Program-made: the position numbers and the translations under genes
The notes under the pieces: generated by a model
The model's input: only the letters and a program-made list of their open reading frames with translations
What the model was told of the DNA's origin: nothing
The model's database searches: none
Origin: Collinsella sp.
GTDB taxonomy: Bacteria > Actinomycetota > Coriobacteriia > Coriobacteriales > Coriobacteriaceae
NCBI GenBank assembly: GCA_036304905.1
Contig: JAXIXR010000003.1
Span: 857 to 64,856, forward strand
DNA: 64,000 nt
Direction: 5' to 3'
Part shown: piece after piece, positions 1 to 8,611 of the stretch
How positions within the stretch are numbered: position 1 is the stretch's first letter
Layout: the number at the start of each line of letters is the position of its first letter

Positions 1-1125
1 CCGAAGAACTGGCCTAGCGAAGTCGCAAACGCTCTCAACGAGTACCGCGAGGAACTTGAGAGCTATGAACCATCTAGAGATGCTCCGAGCACCGTAGCGG
101 CATATGCCGAATCCTTCCACGTGCTCCGAGAGAGCTCATTCGGCTCCCCTCTCTCATATGAGCGAGAGGGATACGACGTGCGACACATACGCGAACTGTT
201 CGAAGACGTGCCCCTAGCCGACCTGAGGCCCGACGATGTTAAACGCGCCTACGCTGAGGCCCGTTCAAATGGAAGGTTCACCGACGCCGAGATCCGTCGC
301 ATTCACGTCAAGCTTAAGCAGGTCATGCAAGATGCCCTTGAGAACGAACTGATTGGCCGCAATCCTTGCATCGGCATAAAGCTGCCGAAACCGGACCTGC
401 GAGCACGAAACTTTCTCCCTCCCGATGAGCTCCCAAGATTCACTGAGTGCTTGCTTTCCGAGCCGATGGGGCCCATGACCGTCTGCACCATGCTTATATT
501 TCACCTCGGGCTGAGGAAAGGCGAGGCTTTAGGGCTCAGCTGGCTCGATTACGACCCCGAAGCCATGGAGCTCCGAATCGTCCGGCAGTACACCAGCGAC
601 AAGACCTTGAGGCCCCCGAAATCGGAGATGAGCAGACGCATTCTCTCCATAGACAAAGCTCTGGCCGAGTATTTAGACAAGTGGAAGACTATGCAGCGCG
701 ACATATTCAGACGTCGCGGGTTGGAACAAAAGGATACCGACCCCATCGTCCACGCATTCAGCGTTGGAAAGGATGCCGACGGTTTCCGCAGCATAAGCGT
801 CACCAGACCAAGCGGGCACAACTACTCTCGATGGTTTAGGGACTTCTGCGTCGATAACGGCTATGGGACTTATAGCGATGTGACGAAGCAGTTCATGCGA
901 GACGGCAAGCTTCATACGCGCGGCACTGGTTACTCAGGACTTGTTCCCCATGGCCTCCGTCACACCGCCGCGACCGCTCTCGTGGCGAGCAACGTCGATT
1001 TAAAGACCGTTCAGGCGCGAATGGGCCATGCCTCCGCAAGCACAACGGCTAATTTCTACACCCATGCAATCAGGGCCAATGACCGAAACGCAGCAGAAGT
1101 CTTTGAATTGCTGTCATCTAAGTAA
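1..1125 (+). CDS. Tyrosine recombinase (phage-type integrase), 5' end cut by window edge
   Basis: Frame 1 has no stop between nt 1 and the listed ORF start at 121. C-terminal catalytic region LVPHGLRHTAATALV...MGHASASTTANFYTH fits the R-H-R-Y tyrosine recombinase signature. Confidence 0.85.
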   Translation, partial: PKNWPSEVANALNEYREELESYEPSRDAPSTVAAYAESFHVLRESSFGSPLSYEREGYDVRHIRELFEDVPLADLRPDDVKRAYAEARSNGRFTDAEIRRIHVKLKQVMQDALENELIGRNPCIGIKLPKPDLRARNFLPPDELPRFTECLLSEPMGPMTVCTMLIFHLGLRKGEALGLSWLDYDPEAMELRIVRQYTSDKTLRPPKSEMSRRILSIDKALAEYLDKWKTMQRDIFRRRGLEQKDTDPIVHAFSVGKDADGFRSISVTRPSGHNYSRWFRDFCVDNGYGTYSDVTKQFMRDGKLHTRGTGYSGLVPHGLRHTAATALVASNVDLKTVQARMGHASASTTANFYTHAIRANDRNAAEVFELLSSK

Positions 1126-1237
1126 TGGCTAGTTTACCTCGATGTTCACTATCTCTTCATACGGTGGGCTACTACTAGGGCTACATGCGCCGTCTGATGG
1201 TATGATGATTGCAGACAAACGATTGGAGGTGAATAAA

Positions 1238-1966
1238 ATGGTCTATAAGAAGAAGGCCGAGAAGCGTATCCGCATACCCGAAAACCTCAAGACCCCCTTC
1301 TCACAGATGGTCTCCGACGAGGCTTACCTTCGAGCGACCGATGAGTCAAAAGCCATTATCGGCCTTGTCTTTGACGAGGTGCTTCCCTCCCCGGCATTTC
1401 CGAGGGACAGGATGCTCGACGTCTACAGCGGTAGTGGTCTGTTTGCGAGCGTCTCGGACGTTCTGCGTTCGAACGTCACTGGCGCGACGGGAACCGTCGC
1501 CCACGGCGGCTATAAGCCCATTGTCGAGTTCGGTTTCGAGCTAATCCACGAGAGGCGTTGTGAGACCGCGCTCTTTACCAGCGCGATGGACATGCCGCAC
1601 CTTCGCCGCTGCTTTGATTCCGTCATTGACTTTATGGAGCACAAGGTTCCGCGCGATCCCTCAGACCCCTTTGTCGATTACGAGACCGACAGGGCGGTGA
1701 AGTACGGCCGCGCCCTGATGGACGAGGCGTCCACCAACTATAACCGCGCCCCCGTTGTGGCGCTCGTGCGCTTCGCCATCGAATATTTTGACGAAATCGG
1801 CCAGCTGAACGCGACATGCGCCTATCTCGCCGACGCCTTCTCCGCGCTCGAAGAGAGCGTCACGACCTCTGCCGCAGACTGCGGCAACCAGCACGTACTC
1901 CCGGATACCCCGGAGTTGCGTCGCAAATGGAGCAGTCTTCTTGAAGAGGTTTGTTCCGACTGGTAA
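1238..1966 (+). CDS. Hypothetical protein (element cargo, no recognisable motif)
   Basis: ORF 1142-1966. Preferred start is ATG 1238, preceded by GGAGG with 8-nt spacing. No motif recognised. Confidence 0.5.
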   Translation: MVYKKKAEKRIRIPENLKTPFSQMVSDEAYLRATDESKAIIGLVFDEVLPSPAFPRDRMLDVYSGSGLFASVSDVLRSNVTGATGTVAHGGYKPIVEFGFELIHERRCETALFTSAMDMPHLRRCFDSVIDFMEHKVPRDPSDPFVDYETDRAVKYGRALMDEASTNYNRAPVVALVRFAIEYFDEIGQLNATCAYLADAFSALEESVTTSAADCGNQHVLPDTPELRRKWSSLLEEVCSDW

Positions 1967-2045
1967 TAAAAAACGGCACCCGACTCCCCTCTCTTAGTCG
2001 CCAAACCTCGAAGAGGAGCCGAGCACCCCAAACAAGGAGTTTATC

Positions 2046-2288
2046 ATGCATCTTGCAGATGACCCCAAGGTTGACGCCATTTCCGCAGGCATCAACCTTC
2101 ATCGCACTGGTCCCAAGCGTATCTTGAGCCGTCTCGATGTTCAGATTCTCACCGGCATTGGCCAGTCGAGCGCCATTAAGCTCATGAAGTCGACGCACCA
2201 TTGCTTCCGCATCGCCAACCAGTATTTTGTCATGGAAGAAGACCTCATCGCCTATTTCAGGACTTTGGCTGAAGAGGCGAACGAGTAA
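2046..2288 (+). CDS. Small DNA-binding protein, possibly excisionase/AlpA-like HTH
   Basis: 80 aa, AAGGAG RBS, first gene of the tightly coupled module. Segment LDVQILTGIGQSSAIKLMK looks like a helix-turn-helix. Function inferred from size and position only. Confidence 0.4.
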   Translation: MHLADDPKVDAISAGINLHRTGPKRILSRLDVQILTGIGQSSAIKLMKSTHHCFRIANQYFVMEEDLIAYFRTLAEEANE

Positions 2289-3184
2289 TGCAGTGCCCGG
2301 CCCCCAACCCTCTCGTTTTCGAATCCGATAGGCTCGATGAGCACCTCAGCGCCCTTAGGGGTGACCAACCTATCGCCCTCTTCGGGCTCAAGGCCCTTAA
2401 CGACATCCTCGGCGGAGTCCATCCCGGGCTCGATTATGCCATCGGCACCGGTCCCGGCAGGGGCAAGACGACCTTGGCCTTGCAGGAGGCCGACAAGCTT
2501 GCGAACGACAGTCACCCAGTAATCTATGTCTCCGCCGAGCTTCCCGCGCATAAGCTCTTGGAGAAGAGCCTTGCACGACTCAGCGGAGGCAAGCTTGCCC
2601 TTTCCGAGGTCGCGGACGCGGCGGCGGCAGACCATCCCAAGCACGAGGCCTTCGAGGCTGCTCTCGACAGGTATCGCAGCTGTATCGCCCCGAATCTCTG
2701 TATTACCGGCCCGTTGAACACCGTTGAACTCTCGAACCTCGTTGGGCTGATAGCACGTGAGCGCAACGAGGCCCCTATCGTTTTCATCGACTATCTCCAA
2801 CTCCTCGCCTGCGGTATCACGGCGGGACAGCAGTTCATCGACGAGCGCTTGGCAATCACAGCGTGCGTAAAGGGCTTGCGCGAAATATCAAACCTCTACG
2901 GCTCGCCAGTCATCGCCCTGAGCTCGACCACGCGCGAGTCCTACAAGTCTGGCAAGTCGAGCAAGCCCAACCTCGGCATGTTCGGCGGCTCTTCGACGGT
3001 CGAGTACAGCTTCGACTCCGTTCTTTTTCTTGCCGACGATGACGGAAAACCCGACTTCCCTTTTGAGGCCCCCGCGAGCGGCACCCCGCTCAAGCTCGTT
3101 GCCCTCAAGAATCGCTACGGCACGTTAGGCGAAGCTCGGCTCGACTTCGACGGAGCCCACGCTACCTTCCTCGATAGGGGCTAG
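2288..3184 (+). CDS. DnaB C-terminal-like / RecA-fold ATPase (replication or maintenance protein of the element)
   Basis: Walker A GTGPGRGKTT and Walker B-like IVFIDYLQLL. TAATG overlap with the upstream gene. Confidence 0.7.
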   Translation: MQCPAPNPLVFESDRLDEHLSALRGDQPIALFGLKALNDILGGVHPGLDYAIGTGPGRGKTTLALQEADKLANDSHPVIYVSAELPAHKLLEKSLARLSGGKLALSEVADAAAADHPKHEAFEAALDRYRSCIAPNLCITGPLNTVELSNLVGLIARERNEAPIVFIDYLQLLACGITAGQQFIDERLAITACVKGLREISNLYGSPVIALSSTTRESYKSGKSSKPNLGMFGGSSTVEYSFDSVLFLADDDGKPDFPFEAPASGTPLKLVALKNRYGTLGEARLDFDGAHATFLDRG

Positions 3185-3187
3185 GCG

Positions 3188-3538
3188 ATGCGCGGCACTA
3201 GCAGGACCGCGCATATCAACGTTCGTATGACCGATGGAGAGCGGGCCGAAATCGTGGCCCGCTCTTCCTCTTTCGGCATGCCCCCATCAACGTTTTTGCG
3301 CGAGGCCGCCCTCCGAATCGGCGAGAAGCCCGTCAAGGTCGCCGACGAGTCGACCCTCCGGCAAATGCTCGTCGAGATGAAGCGGCAGGGCAACAACCTC
3401 AACCAAGCTATGCGCTCCATAAACGCCTATGGCATCGACCGGCAAACGGCCGTCCAGCTTGAAAACGCCGTCCAGTTGATATCGAGCACAGCTTCCGAAC
3501 TCTCAACCCTTCTGTCGAAAGCAAAGGAGCGGCTATGA
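3188..3538 (+). CDS. MobC-family relaxosome accessory protein
   Basis: INVRMTDGERAEIVARS (RHH-like) followed by GNNLNQAMRSINAYG, typical of mobilisation protein MobC. Position is just upstream of the coupling protein and relaxase. Confidence 0.75.
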   Translation: MRGTSRTAHINVRMTDGERAEIVARSSSFGMPPSTFLREAALRIGEKPVKVADESTLRQMLVEMKRQGNNLNQAMRSINAYGIDRQTAVQLENAVQLISSTASELSTLLSKAKERL

Positions 3539-5451
3539 AAAGCAAGATGTTCACCGCCCTCATATCATCCGTCTTCATTGCATTCCTCGTCTGCCCAATC
3601 CTTGCCGCCCCTATCGGCGATATTGCCTCCGGGATCATGCCCGACGCGTCAGCCCTCCCCTCTGCGCTCGATGCGGCCACGGTTCTCGGCTGGTGGCTCT
3701 CGGGCGCATTCATCGCCCATATCACGGGGACCGTCCTCACCTTCCTCCTCACGCTCTGCATCTGCTCCCTCGTTGCCTATTCGAGCGCCCTCAACTCGCG
3801 TGCCGACGATGGCGGCGTGCTCGGCAATGCTTGCATCAAGACGGGCCGCAATGCGGTGAAAGGTTCGATTACATGGGACGGCTCGGCTAACCCCTCTTCA
3901 CGCGGGTTCGTCTACGGGTTCACCAGATGGCTCGGCAAACCCTGCTACCTCTTCGAGCCAAAGAAGATGGTCTATGTTTCCGGGTCCACTGGCTCTGGCA
4001 AGTCCCGCTTCCTCTACCTGCCCTCAATCGATTTGCTCTCGTACGGCGACGGCGCAAACGGCTCCGAGCCCGCGACCCTCGTCGTCTCCGACGTCAAGAA
4101 CGAGCTCATAGAGCTCACGGGTGACGAGCTGGCCCGACGCGGCTACAACGTCCTCCTGCTCGACACGCAGCGACCCTATCGAGGCCAGAGGTTCAACCCG
4201 CTCAAGCAGGTCATCGACCTCCACGCCGAAAGCCGCGACCAAGAAGCCGAGCAGGCGGCTGACACCATTGCGGAGCTCGTGGTGCAGGATGACGAGAACG
4301 GCAAGGGCTCGCACTGGACCGCATCCGCGCGGGGCCTCCTGTCTGCCCTCGTCTTGCTGGTCTCCATGTCCGATGAATGCCCCAAGGAAGCAAAGCACCT
4401 TGCGACCGTCTGCGAGGTGCTGGACCGTGGCACCGAGGCAGAGGGTGACGACCCGGCCGAGCCACTCAAGAGCGTTTTCCGCGCCCTACCAAGCAGACAC
4501 CCCGCTAAAAACAGAGCCTCGCAGTTCGTCTCCTCGGGCGGCAACGAGCTCAGAAGCATCCTCTCGACGCTCAAGGTGGCGCTGCGCCCGTTCTCGTCGG
4601 CCCCAGTCGCATGGATGACGTCCGGGTCCGACATCGACCCTCGCGCGGTTCTTGAAACCAAGAGCGCCGTATTCCTCCATATGCTCGACGAGGGCTCGCC
4701 ATACAACTGCATAGCGGCGATATTCCTCTCCCAGCTCTGGGAATCCGTCCAAATCGTCGCCGATTCCAACGGCGGAAGACTTCCGCGCCCCGTCCAGATT
4801 CTCGGCGACGAATGGGGCAACCTGCCCCGCATCGAATGCCTGCCCGCCCTCCTTTCGCTTGGAAGGTCGTTCCAGATTTACTGGACGGGGGCAACGCAAG
4901 ATATATCCCAGCTTAATAAATACGGAGAGAGGGACGGACGGAGGAAGATTCTCGCGAACTGCGGCGTAAAAGTCGCCATGAAGCTCGCCGAGGAGGAAGA
5001 CCGCCGATACTTCACGGAGCTCATCGGCAAGACCACCCGCCACACGCAGGGCACGAGCAGCAGCAAGGCGGCGTCGGGTTCGTCGGCATCGACCTCCTAC
5101 AGCGAGAGCGCAGACGACGTGATACACGCGTGGGAATGGCGCGACATGGCCCCGGACAGGGACGGGATAATCGTCGTCAAGCACGCGGATAACGGAATAC
5201 CCGCCGAGCGGGCCGGGGTCTTCCGCTCACCCGTCGCCGATTGCACCAAGACGCCCACGAAGGAGCACTTCGACCTCGGGACTCCGGAGCACGAGGCGGA
5301 GAAGCGCCGTGCCTATCAAAAGCAACTGGACGAGGCCGCTGCCGAGAAGATGGGCGAACGCGTCGGCCTCTGGTGCCCCAAGTGGCCCGAGCCGAAGAAG
5401 AAAGCCGAGATCCAGCCGACCGGCAAATTCAGCGGCCTTTCGCTCGACTAG
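3535..5451 (+). CDS. Type IV secretion coupling protein (VirD4/TraG/TraD family)
   Basis: N-terminal TM helices, Walker A GSTGSGKS, Walker B region VQILGDEWGNLP. ATGA overlap with mobC. Confidence 0.85.
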   Translation: MKSKMFTALISSVFIAFLVCPILAAPIGDIASGIMPDASALPSALDAATVLGWWLSGAFIAHITGTVLTFLLTLCICSLVAYSSALNSRADDGGVLGNACIKTGRNAVKGSITWDGSANPSSRGFVYGFTRWLGKPCYLFEPKKMVYVSGSTGSGKSRFLYLPSIDLLSYGDGANGSEPATLVVSDVKNELIELTGDELARRGYNVLLLDTQRPYRGQRFNPLKQVIDLHAESRDQEAEQAADTIAELVVQDDENGKGSHWTASARGLLSALVLLVSMSDECPKEAKHLATVCEVLDRGTEAEGDDPAEPLKSVFRALPSRHPAKNRASQFVSSGGNELRSILSTLKVALRPFSSAPVAWMTSGSDIDPRAVLETKSAVFLHMLDEGSPYNCIAAIFLSQLWESVQIVADSNGGRLPRPVQILGDEWGNLPRIECLPALLSLGRSFQIYWTGATQDISQLNKYGERDGRRKILANCGVKVAMKLAEEEDRRYFTELIGKTTRHTQGTSSSKAASGSSASTSYSESADDVIHAWEWRDMAPDRDGIIVVKHADNGIPAERAGVFRSPVADCTKTPTKEHFDLGTPEHEAEKRRAYQKQLDEAAAEKMGERVGLWCPKWPEPKKKAEIQPTGKFSGLSLD

Positions 5452-5460
5452 GGAGGACCC

Positions 5461-6399
5461 ATGACAGCGATTAAACAGACAAGCGTGTGCAGCGAGAAGC
5501 ACCTCTCCCGCCTCAAGGACTATCTCTCATGGGACAGGGACAAAGCTCTCGCGCACGACACGCAGAACATCATCAGTGAAGAGCGCTGGTTCCAAGAGAT
5601 GGCAGACACGAGGAAGGCCATGGGGCATGACAAGCCGGGGAAGGCGGGGGCGAAGTGCACCTACATGCAGCATCAGATACTTGGTTTCCTCCCCGACGAG
5701 TGCGACCTCAACGGCGGGAAGATGACGCCGGAGATGTGCATGCGATACGCACGCGACTACGTGGCCGAGCGCTATCCGAACCAAGAGGTCGTCATAGTTC
5801 TGCATCGCGAGCGCTGCCGCTCCGACGACACCGACCGCTATGCCGTGCACCTCGGCATCAACCGCAGCGACCTTGAGACGGGCAGGAGGCTCGACGAGGG
5901 CCCCGCACGCAAAGCCGCTGCCGCACGCGTGAAAACCGTTCGCACCTTGGACGAAAGGTATGGGCTCAAGCAGCTTGAGCGCGGCAAGGCCAACTCGCGC
6001 GTCCACGCGAGACAGCCGGGCAGGGAGGAACGCGACATGGCCCGCAAGGGGCAGGCCGAGCGCTCCGAGAACGCCCGCGTCCGCGTGGCGGTCGCCCGTC
6101 GCGTCGAGGAGGTCGGACGAATGAGGGACTGCCCCGACCGCATGGCCGAGCTCGACCGGCGGCTCAGGCGAGACGGCATCGAGCTCGCGAGGTCGAAGGG
6201 CGGGAGCCTCCAGTACCGCTTCTTCTCGAAGGCCCTCGGGGCCGTGCGGAAAGTCAACGGCGGCAGGCTCGGCTTCGCGGTCGACCGCTCAACCGGCCTC
6301 GTCGTCCGCTTCACGCTGCGCGGGATCGCGACGGCGATGAGGGCGTTCTGGGAACTTGAGCGCAAGTCGTGGGAGAACCAGAACGGGCGAGGGGACTGA
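5461..6399 (+). CDS. Relaxase / mobilization nuclease (MobA/VirD2-type)
   Basis: N-terminal nuclease-type region with histidine motif VIVLHRE...DRYAVHLGINR. Arg/Glu-rich C-terminal tail. Last gene of the mob module. Confidence 0.8.
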   Translation: MTAIKQTSVCSEKHLSRLKDYLSWDRDKALAHDTQNIISEERWFQEMADTRKAMGHDKPGKAGAKCTYMQHQILGFLPDECDLNGGKMTPEMCMRYARDYVAERYPNQEVVIVLHRERCRSDDTDRYAVHLGINRSDLETGRRLDEGPARKAAAARVKTVRTLDERYGLKQLERGKANSRVHARQPGREERDMARKGQAERSENARVRVAVARRVEEVGRMRDCPDRMAELDRRLRRDGIELARSKGGSLQYRFFSKALGAVRKVNGGRLGFAVDRSTGLVVRFTLRGIATAMRAFWELERKSWENQNGRGD

Positions 6400-6407
6400 G
6401 CGCTTGG

Positions 6408-6433
6408 GCCGGGACGCAACAAGCGTCCCGGCT
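6408..6433 (+). terminator. Intrinsic terminator after relaxase
   Basis: GCCGGGACGC-aacaa-GCGTCCCGGC followed by TTATTATT. Confidence 0.75.
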
Positions 6434-6439
6434 TATTAT

Positions 6440-6857
6440 TGGCGGGAGCGACTTCGGAGCGGTTCGCCCTCCGCCGCAGGCGGCAAGATGATTCCGTGCA
6501 ACGGAATCCATATCTTGCCTGCACGGAGCGAGCCGGTTGCCGAGGCAACGCGAGCCCGGGCAGGTGAGCGCCGGTTGAGCCGACGCCGAGGAGACGCGAC
6601 CCATGGGGAGCGTCGCACGACGGTGCTCGGCGACCCGGCGCGAGAGGCCCCGTCCGGCGAACGGCGGAGCGATGGCGACCTCTGGAAGCCATCGAGCGCA
6701 GCCGTTCGGCGGGCGGGGCCGGTGTGAGCGGAGGCGGACGGAAACGCGATCCTTGGGAGCGTTGCAGGAAGCCGTAGCGAGAGCGACGCCACGCGTCGCG
6801 GGGGTCCCGCTTATGGGCGGGACCCATCGGCCGCAAGGCCGATCGATGAACATTAAG
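6440..6857 (+). other. ORF-free, hairpin-dense GC-rich block (candidate structured RNA, single-strand origin or oriT)
   Basis: Only Arg/Pro/Ser/Gly-rich shadow ORFs on both strands. Perfect helices at 6490-6508, 6670-6694, 6783-6799, 6802-6825 and 6826-6843 (GCAA loop). Long-range 20-position helix 6646-6665 with 6701-6720. Confidence 0.4.
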
Positions 6858-6885
6858 AAAGCCCCGGCCATTTGGTCGGGGCTTT
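6858..6885. terminator. Hairpin terminator downstream of the minus-strand surface-protein gene (possibly bidirectional)
   Basis: AAAGCCCCG-gccatttggt-CGGGGCTTT, 9-bp stem flanked by A/T runs on both sides. Confidence 0.6.
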
Positions 6886-6922
6886 CCTTGCCTGAAACAG
6901 ACGATTGCCTTGCTCTTTCTAG

Positions 6923-8254
6923 TTACTTCGTGGCACCGCAGGAAGAGCACTTATATCCAGTGGTCACGGTCTCGTCCCATGCATCGCGCACCTGCACCTG
7001 CTCGTCATAGGCCGCTTGGTCGGTCACGGTTTCATAATACCCCTGCTTTACAGTCACATAGGTAGAGTGATAGCCTCCGCAATTACCACCATTCAAAAGA
7101 GAGTTGTTCATATGCCCCCAAGGGTCAGACGTGATATCCGCACCGCACTGGTTGCAGATATAGTGTTCCTCCGTCACCGCGTCATGCCATACCTGATGCG
7201 TCACCGCGTCGTGGTGGACGGTCTTGTACTGAGCGTCGTGATGGACGGTTTTTGTCTGGGCAACCCAGTTGTGCTGATGCGCCGGGGTGTCATCCTTTTT
7301 CGATGAACTGCCTGAATTGGAGTTTGAGCCGGAGTTGCTGCTGTTGCCGCCACTCGGCTTGCTATCGGATTTTCCCTCGTCTTTCTTGGAGGATGAATTG
7401 CTCTTGTTTCCAGAATTATCGGAGCTGCCTGTGGTCTTCCCATTATCCTTCTTGGAGCCGTTGGATGAACCTGAATCGCTCTTCTTGCTGTCGGAAGTTT
7501 CCGGGGTCTTCGCGTCGGACTTCTCTTCCTTGGCGGACTCCTGAGCCTTCTCGGTCTCCTTCTCGACGGCATCGGTATCGGCGTTCGGGTTCTTCTTGAT
7601 GTTGTCCTCGAACTTCTTCACGACCTCAGCGCCCTTGTCCCCGGTCAGGGTGGAATCGCCCTTCTTCACGGCTTCCGCAACGTCCTTGGCAATGGCTGTC
7701 AAGTCATCTTTCGTTACCTTGTCCGCATCCACCTTTTCGAGCGTGATGACGGTACCGTTCGTTTTCTTGTCATCTTTCCCGGCCTTGACCTTACTGGACG
7801 CGGCCTTATAGGTAGAGCCGTCCGCGTTCACCGGCGGGATGAGGGTGACGGTGTAGGTGCCGGACTTGCCGACCTTCACGGTCACCTGCTTGTTCGCGGC
7901 GATGGCGGTGTAGAAGTCCACCTTCCCGTTCGCATCCTCTATATGGGCGATAACGGGCGTGGAAGTGTCCGCATCCCAGCCGTCAGCCTTTACCTCAAGG
8001 GTAAGTACCATGTCCTGCTTCTCATCGTCCTTTGACTGGGACACCGCAGGGGCATTGGAATCTCCCGTCCAACTGGCATGTGAGATGGCGTAAGCCCCGC
8101 CGCCGATGAGAAGCGCCGCACAGAGGATTCCCGCACCAGCCGCGCAGACCTGCTTACGGGAGAACTCGCGCCCGAAGAGCACGAGCGGCTTCTTAGCATT
8201 CTCCTCCTTCGTCGAATCCGATCGTTTAATTTCCCGAGAGCCGTACTCATCCAT
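6923..8254 (-). CDS. Membrane-anchored protein with low-complexity Ser/Asn/Lys linker and C-terminal His-repeat / Cys-rich module
   Basis: ORF 6923-8272 begins with TTG. ATG at 8254 has GGAG 7 nt upstream. One TM helix (VCAAGAGILCAALLIGGGAYAI), a long SNSGS/KKD tract, then TVHHDA x3 and CNQC...CGG...CSSC. Confidence 0.6.
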   Translation of the reverse strand: MDEYGSREIKRSDSTKEENAKKPLVLFGREFSRKQVCAAGAGILCAALLIGGGAYAISHASWTGDSNAPAVSQSKDDEKQDMVLTLEVKADGWDADTSTPVIAHIEDANGKVDFYTAIAANKQVTVKVGKSGTYTVTLIPPVNADGSTYKAASSKVKAGKDDKKTNGTVITLEKVDADKVTKDDLTAIAKDVAEAVKKGDSTLTGDKGAEVVKKFEDNIKKNPNADTDAVEKETEKAQESAKEEKSDAKTPETSDSKKSDSGSSNGSKKDNGKTTGSSDNSGNKSNSSSKKDEGKSDSKPSGGNSSNSGSNSNSGSSSKKDDTPAHQHNWVAQTKTVHHDAQYKTVHHDAVTHQVWHDAVTEEHYICNQCGADITSDPWGHMNNSLLNGGNCGGYHSTYVTVKQGYYETVTDQAAYDEQVQVRDAWDETVTTGYKCSSCGATK

Positions 8255-8311
8255 CGGCAAACTCCAGTTCAATTATCAGAGGTCTAACTTAGCGGCATTG
8301 TATTCCAAATT

Positions 8312-8337
8312 GTCACTTATATAGGTGTGACTCATAT
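8312..8337. promoter_or_regulatory. Abutting 13-nt direct repeat in the divergent promoter region, candidate operator of the XRE regulator
   Basis: GTCACTTATATAG immediately followed by GTGACTCATATAG (11/13 identical), about 45 nt upstream of the XRE start. Confidence 0.3.
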
Positions 8338-8380
8338 AGAACCGAAACGAATCATTGGCACAACCTATTAGGAGGTGCCG

Positions 8381-8611
8381 ATGACTCAGTTAGATATAAA
8401 GATGAGGGTCGGGCTGAGAATAAAAGAGTTGAGAAACGAACTCGGCTATAGCCAGGAAACTATTGCGTACTCTATCGAAATGTCCCGAACATACTTCGCT
8501 GAGGTCGAAACCGGCAAGCGGAACATATCAATTGAAAATATCGACCGGATTGCACAAGGGCTCGGCGTTTCCCTGAAAGAGTTCTTCAACTCTGACCTCT
8601 TTGTCAAATAA
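8381..8611 (+). CDS. XRE-family helix-turn-helix transcriptional regulator
   Basis: LRIKELRNELGYSQETIAYSIEMSRTYFAEVETGKRNISIENIDRIAQGLGVSLKEFF. AGGAGG 5 nt before ATG 8381. Confidence 0.85.
   Translation: MTQLDIKMRVGLRIKELRNELGYSQETIAYSIEMSRTYFAEVETGKRNISIENIDRIAQGLGVSLKEFFNSDLFVK

Noticed and set aside
6440-6857. Group II intron, retron msr/msd or known housekeeping RNA (RNase P, tmRNA, 6S) as the identity of the hairpin block
   Set aside because: There is no reverse transcriptase or maturase ORF nearby. There is no GUGYG 5' end or domain-V-like 14-bp hairpin with an AGC triad. The conserved RNase P (GAGGAAAGUCC) and tmRNA signatures are absent. A new or DNA-level element remains possible.
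5838-6950. 370-aa minus-strand ORF crossing the relaxase 3' end and the hairpin block, plus other ORFs at 6311-7010
   Set aside because: The translations are extremely Arg/Pro/Ser/Ala-rich. They overlap two terminators and the relaxase in antisense. No start context is present. The region is better explained as non-coding structured DNA/RNA.
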